DNA of 64,000 nt from Aplysia californica (lineage: Eukaryota): positions 82,100-146,099 of the forward strand of contig NW_004798170.1 of the NCBI RefSeq assembly GCF_000002075.1, read 5' to 3'. Position 1 is the stretch's first letter; each line of letters starts with the position of its first letter. The notes under the pieces were generated by a model that ran no database searches, had not been told where the DNA came from, and worked only from the letters and a program-made list of their open reading frames with translations. The position numbers were made by a program, and so were the translations under genes. Shown in pieces: positions 37,204-50,323 of the stretch.

Positions 37204-37468
37204 CATCAGTCACGGTATTATGCCCTCCTGCTGTTGTAGTTGTTGTTGCGGCCGCAGGGTTGCCCGGCAACTGTGGGTGGCTGTTATCAAGAGGTGACAC
37301 CTCTTGCAACGCTTCACAGACAATATTTTCTCCCTCGCCACCCAGAGCTGCCGTGCTGTCCTTCGCGGTTTTCAAGTTTCGCTTTTTCGCCTGCCCTGCC
37401 GTCCCCGCTTTCTTCTTTCTCTTTTTGTCCGTCTCACTGGAGACAGCAGAGGTCAGCTGGCTCCAAGC
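37204..37468 (-). CDS. KDM4: KDM4 linker exon with basic NLS-like cluster (AWSQLTSAVSSETDKKRKKKAG...)
   Basis: CAG acceptor and GTGAGA donor. Phase 0 in and phase 1 out, which bridges donor 41862 to exon 36466. No conserved domain. Confidence 0.75.
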
Positions 37469-38960
37469 CTGGAAAACCACCATGTCACAAAGGTCAGACA
37501 AACAGCTCCCACACTCATAAAACGACCATGTAACAAAGGTCAAACACTTGCCTAACTCATAAAACCTTCCAAATATTACAGACAAACACCTCCATACCTC
37601 ATGCAACCTTCCAAATATTACAATCTAAACGACCATGTCACAAAGGTCAGACAAACACCTCCCTAACTTAACTCATACAACCTTCAAGGTATTACAATCT
37701 AACTTCATAGGATACTGATTTTATGGACGCCTCAAATTTCCAATGTTCACAATGTGTCTTCTTTTTTGGATAGTTAAAGATGCCTGAAATATGTAATCAT
37801 GTTTTTTACACTACCATATCTGCAAGTATATTGTTTCATTTGTAAGCAATATCAAACTTTATCAATGTAATGTTTAATGTACTGTCGAATAACTTTAAAA
37901 AGAAATAGAATTATTTTTTCAGTGGTTTTTTTTCTTTCTTAAGAAGAAAGAGTACTTTTAAAAATATGATGTTGTCTTCTGTCCATTACCAAAGACTGTA
38001 TATACCCGCTTACAAAACAACACAAATGAGGTCTAAAATCTATACTCGCTTATCATACACCCAACATACAGACAGGACCAAGCCCAACAAAGGGGAACGT
38101 GTCCAAATAAATATGATCAGACATGCCAGCTAACCCCTCCATAACCATAAATAGATTTCCTCTGACCTCAGAAACTCTCTCAAAATCAAAGTTCAGGGGG
38201 GGGGAAAGTAAAAGTCTCCAAACCCCAGTAGATTCAGATTACGTTAGGAAATGATTGAGGCAAATAAACTAGAATTGCAAATACAAGCCAATAAAAATGT
38301 GTATTTTCACCTCTTTCACAAAAAGTTGTGCAAATATTGCAAATAAACCTGTGTATTTTCACATTATTAACGATAAGGTCAATATGACCAGCAAACTGAA
38401 TTCAAGAAAAAAATAGAATTTTACGCAAATCTGATCGGGGTTCTTCCAAAGGAAAAAAAAAAGAATTAGAGGGCTCGGGTTTTATCTGAGTACTCAGCAG
38501 GTGTGTATTATACTACTACTAGCATTTCAAGTCATGAAGGCCACAACGAAGTGGAAGAGTGATGGGTTACAAGGCAGGCTTCAAGCTGAAAATTGTTGCA
38601 TACTCGAAAGACCACAGTAACTTTCCTGCCGGTTTGCAGTTATAGATTTCCAGCACTTTATTTCACACACACCGAGTCTCCTCCAGCACGTAAAAAAAAT
38701 TCACCCCATATTACACACGCGACCTACAAAAATAGGTCCATTTGGGAGTCAAAGTCAGTCCCTCGTATTATTCATCAGGTTGTGCTATAAGCGAGTATAA
38801 ACAGTATGGACAGAACAGAAAATCTTTTACCAAGTTCACTTCCTTATCTCTAAACATCTTTTCACCAAATAGCAAGCAAGGAAAAACAACTGTTGCATGC
38901 AGTTTCCCTTCTGACATCTACATTGACATAAGAAGACTAGACACTTCCTTCTGAAGCCTA

Positions 38961-39124
38961 CAGTGCAGCCTCTCTATAATAACATTGTCGGGACCCCAAA
39001 AAAATGTCGTTATAAAGAGGCAACCAAAAACATTACTTATGATAAAAGCAAAAAATCGGGACCTGGGCCCCATGTATACAGAAGATGTTGTTATATCGAA
39101 GATCGTTATAGAGAGGCTGCACTG
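38961..39124. mobile_element. Tc1/mariner-type MITE (164 bp)
   Basis: TA|CAGTGCAGCCTCTCTATAA ... TTATAGAGAGGCTGCACTG|TA: a perfect 19-bp TIR with TA TSD. Confidence 0.9.
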
Positions 39125-40853
39125 TATCTTGACAGCCTCATAAACAAACCATGTCTGTTTAGTCATTACTTTATACGTAAGGACAAGTCTGTATCATTGT
39201 GATTTTTTACTTGACTCACAGTGAGACAAATGGTGGTATAGCACATTAATATTGGTCTGATGACTGTTATATAAACTGACAGGGTGAAATGGGGATTTTT
39301 GTTTGTTAATTAAAAATAAAGCATAAAAGCATCAGAGAGAAACTAAGATGGTTTGTGCCTAGGTCATCAATATACACAATATTATGATAAACCTCCTAAA
39401 ATACAAATATGCGTAGTCGAAATTGCCCATGAAGGCCACCCATTGTTGAAAAAAGTGGCTGTCTTAAGGCAAGTGGAGGTCTGGGACAATGTCTTTAACC
39501 CTATCCGTACCTTGTGTTTTACTATCATATCCATACGACCTGGGAAACTCTGTGCCACCACTTCCAAAGAGGAAATTTACTTGTTAATCCGATCCTCACG
39601 CTTTGCATAGCAGTCTATCAAAATGATTTTTTGAGAAATACTGAAAGTTTCAACGAGATCTTCGTATTAGAAGTATTCTAAAATGTGATGAATAAAACCA
39701 TTACAACCCCGGGGGTACAAAAATGACCCCAGGGCGTACAGATAGTGTTAAAATACATGTTTTTACTTTTTTTTAAACAAGGAGAGAAGTGGGAAGTGGT
39801 AGTTTGTACAGGTGGCTGTTAGAGGATGTTCCACTGTACTGGTAAATATCTGAGGTGTCAAGTCTACTTTAGCATGCCAACTGACAGGAAACAAGAGAAT
39901 GGGTGCTACCTTCCAGTTACACACATGCAAAGCACAAGGCAAAGGGAAGAGAAATAGAAATAATGACACAAAAAACGTATATTGAAACATTTTTAGTTAT
40001 TTATTTTCTTTTTTTCTAATAGGGAGTACTTGACAGCTTTGGTTTTTTTACCATCAGTTGCCTTGATTTATTTTTTTTTTTTGATTGGGGGGTGGGGGGC
40101 AGCAGACTTGTTTTTTTAATTATATTTGAGGAAAATGCCATCTTCTCACTTAGTAAAAATTACAATTTACAACAAAAAAATCTTTAGCGATACACTGTCA
40201 TACAATGCCAAAGGAGAAAAACCAGGTAGATGACCAACAGGGATATACCTTCAGTGTTCCACCCCTGAAGCTATCCATAAATACAGGACATTACTCGCAG
40301 ATGCCCCCCACCCCACCCATCCCTCTTTTATCACTACAAATCTAGAAGAAAATTCTGTGACAAGGACCACAAATTATTCACTTCGAAGTATTACCATTGT
40401 TAATTCCTATGTTAGCATTTTCAGTAAAATATTAGTACTTCTACTTCCATACAACAAAAGGTTATGCTACAAAGGAATCTCCGAGTAAAAAAGAGGCCAA
40501 AGAAGGGAAAACTAAGAAAGAAAGGGAATGTCAACAGAAATTAAATAAAATAAATAATAGCAATCACCACAACCAATTCAAATTTAGACAGTGTCCAACA
40601 ACACCGAAAAAAGAAAAATCACCACCACAGGAACAATATGAAACAGTAAGAAAATGCCATGGCAACTTTATTGAGGAAAAAAAGAAAAGCACACATGCAT
40701 ACATAGACAAATACGAGAAACGTGCAAATACTGTCACCAAGGAGGTCTGACATAAATGATGGCAAAACATACATTCTACACAGGGAGCGCCACAACATCA
40801 AAACACCAAATCCTATATTATTTCACTCAAAGACAAAGATGCTACACAACAAA

Positions 40854-41100
40854 ATGGTTCACCCCTCTAGTTGAGATTGTAAGAAAAATACTGAAGTGTC
40901 TATGGTGACAGCTATATTATGCATTAAATATCATTTTTAGCAGGGGACAGACACATCATGCGTACAAATTGAAGCAAAGAATATTTTGAACTGAAAATGT
41001 CTCATTTTAGAAACCAAACAGTTTCCTTTGTCAGCGTCAGTTTCGTAATTATGCAAACAAATTTTGGAGGAAGCTCTTTAGATTCTAGAGGGTGAACCAT
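40854..41100. mobile_element. MITE (about 247 bp)
   Basis: TIR ATGGTTCACCCCTCTAG / CTAGAGGGTGAACCAT. Confidence 0.75.
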
Positions 41101-41861
41101 CATGACCAGTGCTATGTTTAGACACAGTCCAACCATCTCCAGAGTTCTCCATGCCCACCCCCACCCCCCCTCTCAAGCTGACACAGAATGTTACATCTTC
41201 CAAGGCTAGAAAGCCCAACACAAACTCCAGGCCTTCATGCTTCATTTATTAATCAAATTTATTCATTTGATACCTTCACTGCCAGACGGTTCAGGGCATG
41301 TTTTATATCGGCCCTAGAAAAAGGGGTTCTAATGGCCATGTCTTCAAAGCAAAAAAAGCCATGCAAATCTCAAGTCTTCATAGCGAAAAAGCCAAGGCAC
41401 ATTACACAATTTCATGGCAACAGGTCTCATTCCAATTTCATGTCTTCAAATACAGGATAACAGGTTCTCTTCGTAAAAAACACACGTGCAAAACGTGTCT
41501 TTGTCAATAAAAGCCTTGGTCAAACTTCATCTTCAAATACAGGGACCATGCAAATTCCAGTGTTTGGAAGAAGGCCACATGCAACCCTCATGGCAACTAC
41601 TACAAAGGGCTCATACTCCTATGTCACTAGGACTAAAAGAGCCCAAATGGGAGAGGACAGTGTAAGGCCCCATTTACTCTTCCCAGACTAAAGGTCCATG
41701 CAACTTTCCCACCTTCAAGGCTACTACAGGTTACTAAAGGATGCAGGGTGCACACAACATTCAACTGTCAACACAACTACACCATGAGGAGGGTTCAACA
41801 CCGAAAAGTGGTGGGAAAAACTAACACTGAAAATTTTGACAAAATAGCAAGACACCTATAC

Positions 41862-44800
41862 CTTGTTACCTTTGCTCAAGGACAGTTCGTCTAGCAACCC
41901 TAGGTCGGACGTGCTTGGAGGAGCAGAGGTCGCAACGTGGTCTTGAACCATAACTAATTCGGGAGGCGTACTCCTCTCTTCTTCTAAGGTGCAAGAAAAA
42001 CTTTCTGGCATCAAGACTGGAGGGGTACCATATTCCTGCCCAGCCAGAGGGGCTTCTTCATTTGCTGACCCATTACTTTTCACTTTCTTTGGCCCGCTTT
42101 GACTCAACTTCTGGGTTCTAGCATGCAATCGTTTTGCTTCGACAGTTTGTCGCAACTGCTCCTGTCCCAGCTTGATTTTTCTCTTACTGTGTTGTTTGGC
42201 TTGCTGTGGCGGCAATGTAAGAGGGGGGTAACGACTAGAAGGGGCTACTCTGGTGCTGGTGATGATAGGCTGGGGGATGAGCTGCCTTGAGGCCATGGCT
42301 ACACTGGGCTCAGGGAAGGAGGGGACTAGGACACGGGGCCGGGGAGAAAGAGAGCTCAAAGGAGTAGTGAGATGGTGGACTGAAGGTGGTGAGATGACCC
42401 AGTTGGGGTCAGTGCTGGCCGGGTCACAGAGACAAAGATCTGACGGCCACGAGCTTCTCACCTGTGGGGACAGACGAGGCATCTCGGGGGGCTGGCTGCA
42501 CGCAGGAAGATCCACGGACTGCTGCTTAGGGGTCGTGTCAGGGTCAGGTTTGGTTTTGGCGGCTTTCCGAGACCTGCTTTTCCCCGGGCGCTTCCCTGTC
42601 CCGGCGCTCTGCCCGTGGGATCGAGGGATGCCGACAGCTGCGTAGTGGTGCTCTTCGATGTGGGGGGAGAGCTGTGGGAACAGTTGGTCAGAGGACAACG
42701 ACGATCCCGTGTGGATGTGGAGATCTCCGAGACCGGGCGAGGCAGACGAGGAAGTCGAAGGGTTAGTGGGGGAGTAATGTTTCATTGGGGCGAGCTGAGT
42801 CAGGTTAGATGAGGGATGGCCATCTAGAGACGGCTGTCGCAACTCAGGCATGGATAAATCATTTCTTAGCTCGGCAGAATTAAAAATGTCTTGGTAAGAC
42901 GACGTAGAGGATAACGAAGATGTGGGGCGGAAGGACTCCAAGGTAGCACACAAGGGATTGTCAATGGGAAGTGGTATATTGTCACCATTAGTCACAGCAG
43001 GGGACTGGAAAGGGGTCAGTGTGGGCATTCTGTCACTGAGGGCAGGGGACAGGGACGGGGGGCGGGACTTCTGCTGGTTGACGGGCAGGTCTGGTTTTCC
43101 CCTCTGAGGGGTCAACTCAGGGGCAAAGGAATGGTCAGCACCATGCACATCGGTCTGAGGGAACAACAGGGGGGCGCCCGATAAGGGTGTGCTCGACTGC
43201 ATGCTGACAAGTACGGGTGGTGCCACCACGCCCTGCAAGCTAGGGGAAGAGGTCTTGTGAACAGTGATCACATTGGAGTCTATATTCAGCAGGTGCACGT
43301 GATCTTCCTTACTGGAGGAGTTGGAGGAGAGGAGTCCGAGGGATGTGGTGGGGAGACTGTTGGTCCCGACTCCTCCCTGAGCCATCTGCAGCAGAGTCTC
43401 AGCGACAGAAACGGTACACTGTGAGGAGGAAGCAGAGACAGTGGGAGCAGCCACAAATCGAGATGCGACCTTGGACAAACTAGCTTTGCCAGCAGATGGT
43501 TTGCTCCTCTGGCCGGGGTTCTGCTTCTTCCTCTTGGCAGCTTCAGCCAGCGGAGTGTTCATTATTTCCTGCTGTTGCAAAAGGGCAGTCCGCTGGGCCT
43601 GAGCGAGTATCTCTCGTACCCGTGACTCGGTGTTGGAGACACTCGACAAAGTATTCAAGAGTTGCGAAGTTGGTTTCTGATTCCTTTCGGTGCCAACAGA
43701 ATCCAGGGAGTTTGAGAACACAATGGGTGTACAGTCTGGCCTTGGCAGCGCTGGAGAGATGTTCAAACCCCCACTTCCACGGACCTTGATCACAGTGCTT
43801 TGAGGGACACTAGTAGCTACAGTCTGTAGGCTGCCAGCAGCAGAGGCTGGGGAAGATGCAAACGCTTGAGTGGGCGGTGCAGGAGCCTGAACTTTGATCG
43901 TGGTAGGAGCAGTTTGAGGCACAAACTGAAAGGCATTCGAATCCTTTGTCTCTTGGCTTGTACTCCCATTGGTCCCGCTCACCAATTGGCCCGGGTTCAC
44001 AACAATCTGGGGTACAGCCCCTCGCTGACCTATGATCTGACCCATAAACGACTTCAGGGGCAAACTGGTGTGAAAAGTTTGCGAAGGAAAAGCCTGGAAA
44101 GCTGACTGAGGCAAGGAGGTGACGACCGTTAGCTGTCCCGAGGGACCCACGACAATCTGGTTCTGGTTGAGTCCAAGCTGTGTGCCAGTCCGACCTACTA
44201 AGGTGTTCACAAACTGCTGGGCTGGAGCTGTTTGTACAGAGCCATTCTGTGGCAAGACCCTGAAAAACTCAGATCCAGACTGGTTTGAACTACCATTGAA
44301 ACCAGTACCTACAGGAGCTGGCAAAGATGTGTTCTGCACTCCACTTATCACAGGCTGCTGACTAGGGGCATTCCCAGGCGCTTGTTGAGATCCCATGTTG
44401 TTCCCGGGCATCTGTTGAGATCCCATGTTGTTCCCGGGCATCTGTTGAGATCCCATGTTGTTCCCGGGCATCTGTTGAGATCCCATGTTGTTCCCGAGCA
44501 TCTGTTGAGATCCCATGTTGTTCCCGGGCATCTGTTGAGATCCCATGTTGTTCCCGGGCATCTGTTGAGATCCCATGTTGTTCCCGGGCATCTGTTGAGA
44601 TCCCATGTTGTTCCTGGGCATCTGTTGAGATCCCATGTTGTTCCCGGATATCTGTTGAGATCCCATGTTACTCCCAGATATCTGTTGAGATCCCATGCTA
44701 CTCTCGGGAGAACGGATTATTCTCACATTCATGACAGAAGGCTGGGTGAGATGAGCCTGTGGTTGGGGGAGGAGTCCTGCTGGAGAAGTGACATTTGAGG

Positions 44801-46662
44801 TTTGGACACAGGGAGCAGCATCTTGCCTCCCATTGGCCATTTTGAGCTGTAGAAAATTCTCCTGTACTGACGGTGGTGCCACCAGTGTATTTGTGTTTTG
44901 TCTTTGAAAAGAACCGTTAAGGATAGAGGCCGTGGTGTTTTGACTCGCAAACTGTGGCTGTGAGTTGTTGGTAGAGGGGGGATTGAAATACGAGGTAGCC
45001 TTGTTGGAACCAAAACCATTGGACGACACCTGCACCGGAGTGTTTGCGAGATTGTTGGGAGGCACAGGCTGGGAGACACTAGCAAGCTGTATCGGTAGTT
45101 GACGACCGTCTGTTAGACTCACAATCTGACCATTTGGCAGCTTAACCAGACCGGCTGTGGGACCTGGCTGTGTTGTTACAGGAGACTTCACACTGGGCAC
45201 AGCTTTCCCCGCCAGTTTTACCAGTTGTCCAGCACCATCATTCTGCTGCACGGTGGCAGCCACTTTGGTCCTTTCACTCTCGGCCCTCAGAGCCCCCCAC
45301 ACGCCACCCTCCACTTTGGTGGGCTTGGGCATCCAGGAAGGTCGCGCCCCCCACACTTGATGGCCATCGGTGGACTGACCAACCCCAGACATCGGCAACT
45401 GGTTGCACTGAGCAGTGTTATGGGGAGAAGCTTGGGACAGCAGCGGCGGGGAGAAATGACCAGCATGCACTTGTGGCTTCTCAACAACTGTCATGGGACC
45501 GCTCCCTGGCAGCGACATCGCAGAGCCCACAGCACCAGCCTTACGTACAGAGACACCCGAATCGGCCACAAACGGAAGTTGCGATGGAGTGACGGCAGTC
45601 GCGGGGAACGAAGCCAGCGAGGCCGCTTGACTGGCTGAGCTCTGGGGAGGTCTGTGCTGTAGTGTGACCGCACCGCACGGCTCACCCGCCGAACGAAGCA
45701 GCTCGTGGGGCTTGAGGCCGCCTCGGAGCAGCTGGTGAGGCTGGATCTTCTTTGGGAGCACCACACCCGCTACAGGTACACCAGACGTTGTGCCAGCCGA
45801 CTTGTGCTCCATCTGGGCAGTGCCTATGCTGGTCGGGTTGACAGGAACCCCAGAAGACACGGGGATGTTGACCGAAGTCTGAGGGCCCTGAAGAACTGTG
45901 CTGCCTTGATATCTTCCACCATTCTCCCCTTGAGGAGTAACACTCTGAGGGGAATTCTTTACTTGACTGGGAACGGGTTTCAGCAACTCCGCTTTCAGTT
46001 GTTCCCCTGAAAAACCATTACAGACCTCTTTCTTCACAGATGCTGCCAAGGAAGAATCTGCGGATTCCTGCTTTACTTCACCTCCAGACGGCACTAGGGA
46101 TTTCATGAACGCCTCTTGAAAAGCAGAGATGCCTTTTGGAAAGCTTGACGGTTTTGATTCTTCAAGAGGTTTCGGTAACTTCAGATACTCATCAATCTTT
46201 GAGCGTTTCACAAGCTCGTCCTGATTCACCAAGGCCTGTGGCTTCTGATCCTCCTCCGACTTTGGCGACACACTCGTTGCTGTCAGCGGCACCACATGGC
46301 TTTTCACTGGGCTGAGAGAGTTCCCTGCTGCTGCTGTAGGAACCATCACATTAGAGTTCTTACTCTTGGAAGCGCTTTGTTTCCCTTTCTTCGCTGGGAC
46401 CTCCTGACCAGTCGGACCCTCCGCTGCCTTCTTTTTCCTGGGTTTCTTCTTCGGGGCAGTTTGGCCGTCTCCAGACGAGTCCCCTGAAGGAAGCTGTGGC
46501 TTAACTTTTTTGGTGGACTTGTGGGATTTAGATTTGGGAGCATCAGAAGACCCATTGGCAGATACCTCTTTGACAGACTCCGCGGTAAAATCGTCCTTCA
46601 GCGGGTGGCGACGGGAGTGAGCTGTACCAGAGCTATTCGCTTCAATCTTTTTCTTGGAAGAC
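41862..46662 (-). CDS. KDM4: KDM4 giant exon (4801 nt, about 1600 aa, disordered, S/P/Q/G-rich)
   Basis: AAG acceptor after a polypyrimidine tract at 46663-46700. Its phase-2 start fits exon 49253 and runs in frame into ORF 41856-46349. Donors at 41862 (GTATAG) or 41870 (GTAACA). Confidence 0.85.
44373..44702 (-). repeat. Coding 30-bp minisatellite, 11 copies, encoding (NNMGSQQMPG)n
   Basis: TCCCATG recurs every 30 nt from 44391 to 44691. Confidence 0.95.
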
Positions 46663-48834
46663 CTTTAGATTCACGAAGAGAGAAAAAAAGACAAGGAAAA
46701 AAGTGATTATTACTATACACCAATCAAATAAATTTGTTTTGATCAATCATTAAGTTTTCAAAACTTAATTAAAAAAATTTTTTTTTAAATGGGAACATAA
46801 CATAAACCCCTGCTGTTATTGGACGACTTATTCATCCACAATGCTTACCATTGGCTTATGCAAAGATCATAAATTTTCAAGCAGTAAAACGTGTTTCAAA
46901 CCACTGGAAAAGTACAAACTGCAGGGACAAGGACTTTTGGTTACACAAAACCACAAAAAAAAGGGTTGCGGAGGAATTCGAATTCATCAGTAAATGTAGA
47001 AAATAATCAGAAGGGGGACTTTCAATCAACAGGTTTCCTGCCATGAACTTCCCATCAAATTCAAGGAGTTTTCAAGGAGGTTTCAAGGAGAAATTGTTAA
47101 AATTCAAGGAGATTTGGTCAAGAAATTCATGACGAAAGCCTATTAAAAAAAAAACACTTGTCCGAAAGGAATCATAATATCATATTCATAGTTTCGATTT
47201 TCCTAGAAAAACTGTTCCCAGGGTGACTGCCAACCCGGCTTCTCAATTTTCAAGGGGGGGGTTCTCATCCATTCTCCAGGGAGAATGTTACATAACGACA
47301 GTGCATGCTCCATTTATATATTATATATAATATTTACACACACATGCATGTAGGTACATTGAATCCAGTCAACAACATGATGTCAGTGTGGCACTGGGAT
47401 ACTGTGACTTTTCAGTCTGTTCTAACTTATTTATATTTTCCCCTCATCATATTCGCCTATATAAACTATATACAAATGAATCTTACTTTGAGCCTGAGAA
47501 AAGGCCTAGAACAGGAATATCCACCGTCAAGAACCAGTTGGGGTGTCAAGGTTTATATAATAAACGTGAAAGACAAAAATTATTACTCTAGCTCAAAGTA
47601 GAGTAATAACATGAATGGCTCAAGTAGACTTATTCAGAGCGAAAGGTGTAAGAACTGTCGGAGGGCAAGATGCAGTGACACTGAAAATCTGCGAATCTTG
47701 AACAGAAAGCTAAAATATACAATACATATAATTTACTATCACCTACACAATGAAACGGGAACCCTTTAGTAAAAAGAACACGGCTTAGACGATTTGAGTA
47801 TGATGGATCCCGATTCCACACAAGGAATGTGCACCAACGCGCCCTTTGCAGAGAGATCTAGAGAGATCATTCCTTCAAACCCCCCCCCCCCCTCCCCCCC
47901 GCCTGCATCTTTTTAAAAAAATCAATAATCCTCCCATTCCCGAGTCCTATACTTCGCAGCGCTCAAACTTTACATGAACTTTGGTGAACTCAACCATCGC
48001 CGATACTCACAATGTGACGAAAACGCACAGGTTCAATGACCGGTCACGATGGCGAGCCCGACAAGAAGCTTGTATAACTTTCTTTTTCTTTTGTTTTTTT
48101 CACACAAGTGACAGCACAGGATAAATGATTTATTTTCATGGCAACACAGCGTTTGTAATGCAGAGCCTGCATGTTACAAATGTGGTGTTATCAGACTACT
48201 ATAGGCCCTACCGGCAAGTTTCTGGGTGGTAACGAAAGCGAAAGCAGATCTTGATTTTCCCGATCGAGCTTCGGTATCACACATACTTCCACTTGTTGCC
48301 GCCATTACCGCATGTGCGCATGTAACGTACTCTCAGGCCGGGAAAGGTCGAATAAATATTATATCACAATCGCGACCGGCAAAAATGAACTCAAGGACGT
48401 TATCGGGTTTGGTTTTCAAATATTCAAGAACTTTTATGTATTTGCCTGGGTCTTTCACGGGGCAATTTACAGATTTCTTCAAATTCCCGTTGCACTCCGG
48501 ATCTCGACGATTTATTCAAATTCCTGGGTAATTCCAGGGGCATGATAGGAAAGAAGGAGCAAACCACACCAGAGCACCCACCAACCACCCACATCCACTT
48601 TGTTAGCGAGCTAAAGACTAGACATCATGCCAAACACATGTCGAGGAAGCAGCGTATGGTCACTGGCGAGTGTTTCAACACTATGCAGTCACATCTCGTC
48701 GATCGGCAACAACGCTTTACTTTCGCTCCCGTCACAAAACGCCAATCGGCGATGCTTATCACCTAGTTTCTTTGGATTTCCCCCTAAACGCTTGTGATGG
48801 CAAAGTGTTAAAGCACCATCAAATACCCTTAGCT

Positions 48835-48890
48835 CTGGCGCTCTTATGACCTTATGCCTGTGCGAGCGCCATGAAACCTCTACTAAACTA
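48835..48890 (+). mobile_element. Stem-loop-only fragment
   Basis: CTGGCGCTC...GAGCGCC plus ACTAAACTA; imperfect TSD ACCCTTAGCT/ACTCATAGCT. Confidence 0.7.
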
Positions 48891-49252
48891 ACTCATAGCT
48901 AAATAAACCGGTCACAACAATACAGCACATGGAGAATGGCAATAGCATGTTAGTAAAATATAATTATTGTATACACTAGGTGCCATGGAAACTAAATTTC
49001 CCCTAGAGGAATAAATAAACGTGGTAAAAAATCAATACCTAAAAGTGCTGGTATAAAAGTTGTTCTCAGTCATCCAGGTCATATATATGACCTGGCTCTA
49101 TTACCAAAACAAAAACAAAAGAATAAGTCATTAGTAAAAATCTATACAGTTCTTTTAACAAGCCATTGATAATCACACTGGCTCTTGTGATTGAGTGGAG
49201 CTGACAATCAAAGCACAGATATATCTACAAGAGACAGAGAGAGACGTCTCAC

Positions 49253-49401
49253 CTGTTGCTGTTCAAACGGTTCCCGTCCTTGTGTCCTTCTGGGTGTGGC
49301 GCTATGTCCTTGCCTGCTTTCCACAGCTCGTAACGTTCGGGTTGATACTTCTGAACAAAGATATCCATGGAAATCTTCACACCGTCTTTTCGACAAATAC
49401 A
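49253..49401 (-). CDS. KDM4: KDM4 exon ([32 protein letters not shown]...)
   Basis: CAG acceptor and GTGAGA donor; Zn-binding CxC and RKD motif. Confidence 0.96.
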
Positions 49402-49844
49402 CTGTGGGAAGTAAGCACATGAGGTTAAAAAATAAACTTCAAATGTTGCATTTGCTGTCATAAAAAAAGTTTAAGCTGTAAAAACAAAAACATTTTAATA
49501 TCTTTGAGGACCATATGCAGCCCCCCCCCCCCCCCCCCAACAAAGACATTCCATTTTCCAGAATATCAAAACACCACAACTTGACACCCCCCCCCCCATT
49601 TCTTTAAACCATCATACATTTACATTGTCACAAAACATTCATAAACATATTCAGACCATTCCAGTATCAAAAAGAATGTACCTGCAAAGTCAATTAATAG
49701 TTTGCTCTGACATAATAACGGCCATTTAGTGCCAGATAAAAGCAAAACACCATCAGGAACAAGACGGACAGCAAAGTAGTAGGAACTACCAATTACTCAA
49801 CAGAATTACACTAATACCATTTAAGTCTATTCACCATTTTGTCA

Positions 49845-50165
<321 letters not shown>

Positions 50166-50323
50166 CTACAAGTGAAGTCCTTCGAGCAACCTTTTTAAAC
50201 ACTTTTCCACTGATCAGCAATGGTAAGAACCTATCTCACTTCTCTTCCCCTGATCAGCAATGGTGAGAAGTTATCTCATTTCCTTTACCCCACAGGACAC
50301 CGATCGATAGCATGAGCAGTGTA

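Noticed and set aside
41856-46349. 1497-aa ORF as a stand-alone gene
   Set aside because: The frame is open upstream to an acceptor at 46662 that is in phase with the KDM4 JmjC exons, so it is an internal exon.
42099-46706. Many + strand and alternate-frame ORFs over the giant exon (e.g. the LLRSHVVPGH repeat)
   Set aside because: These are shadow ORFs of GC-rich coding sequence and of the 30-bp repeat.
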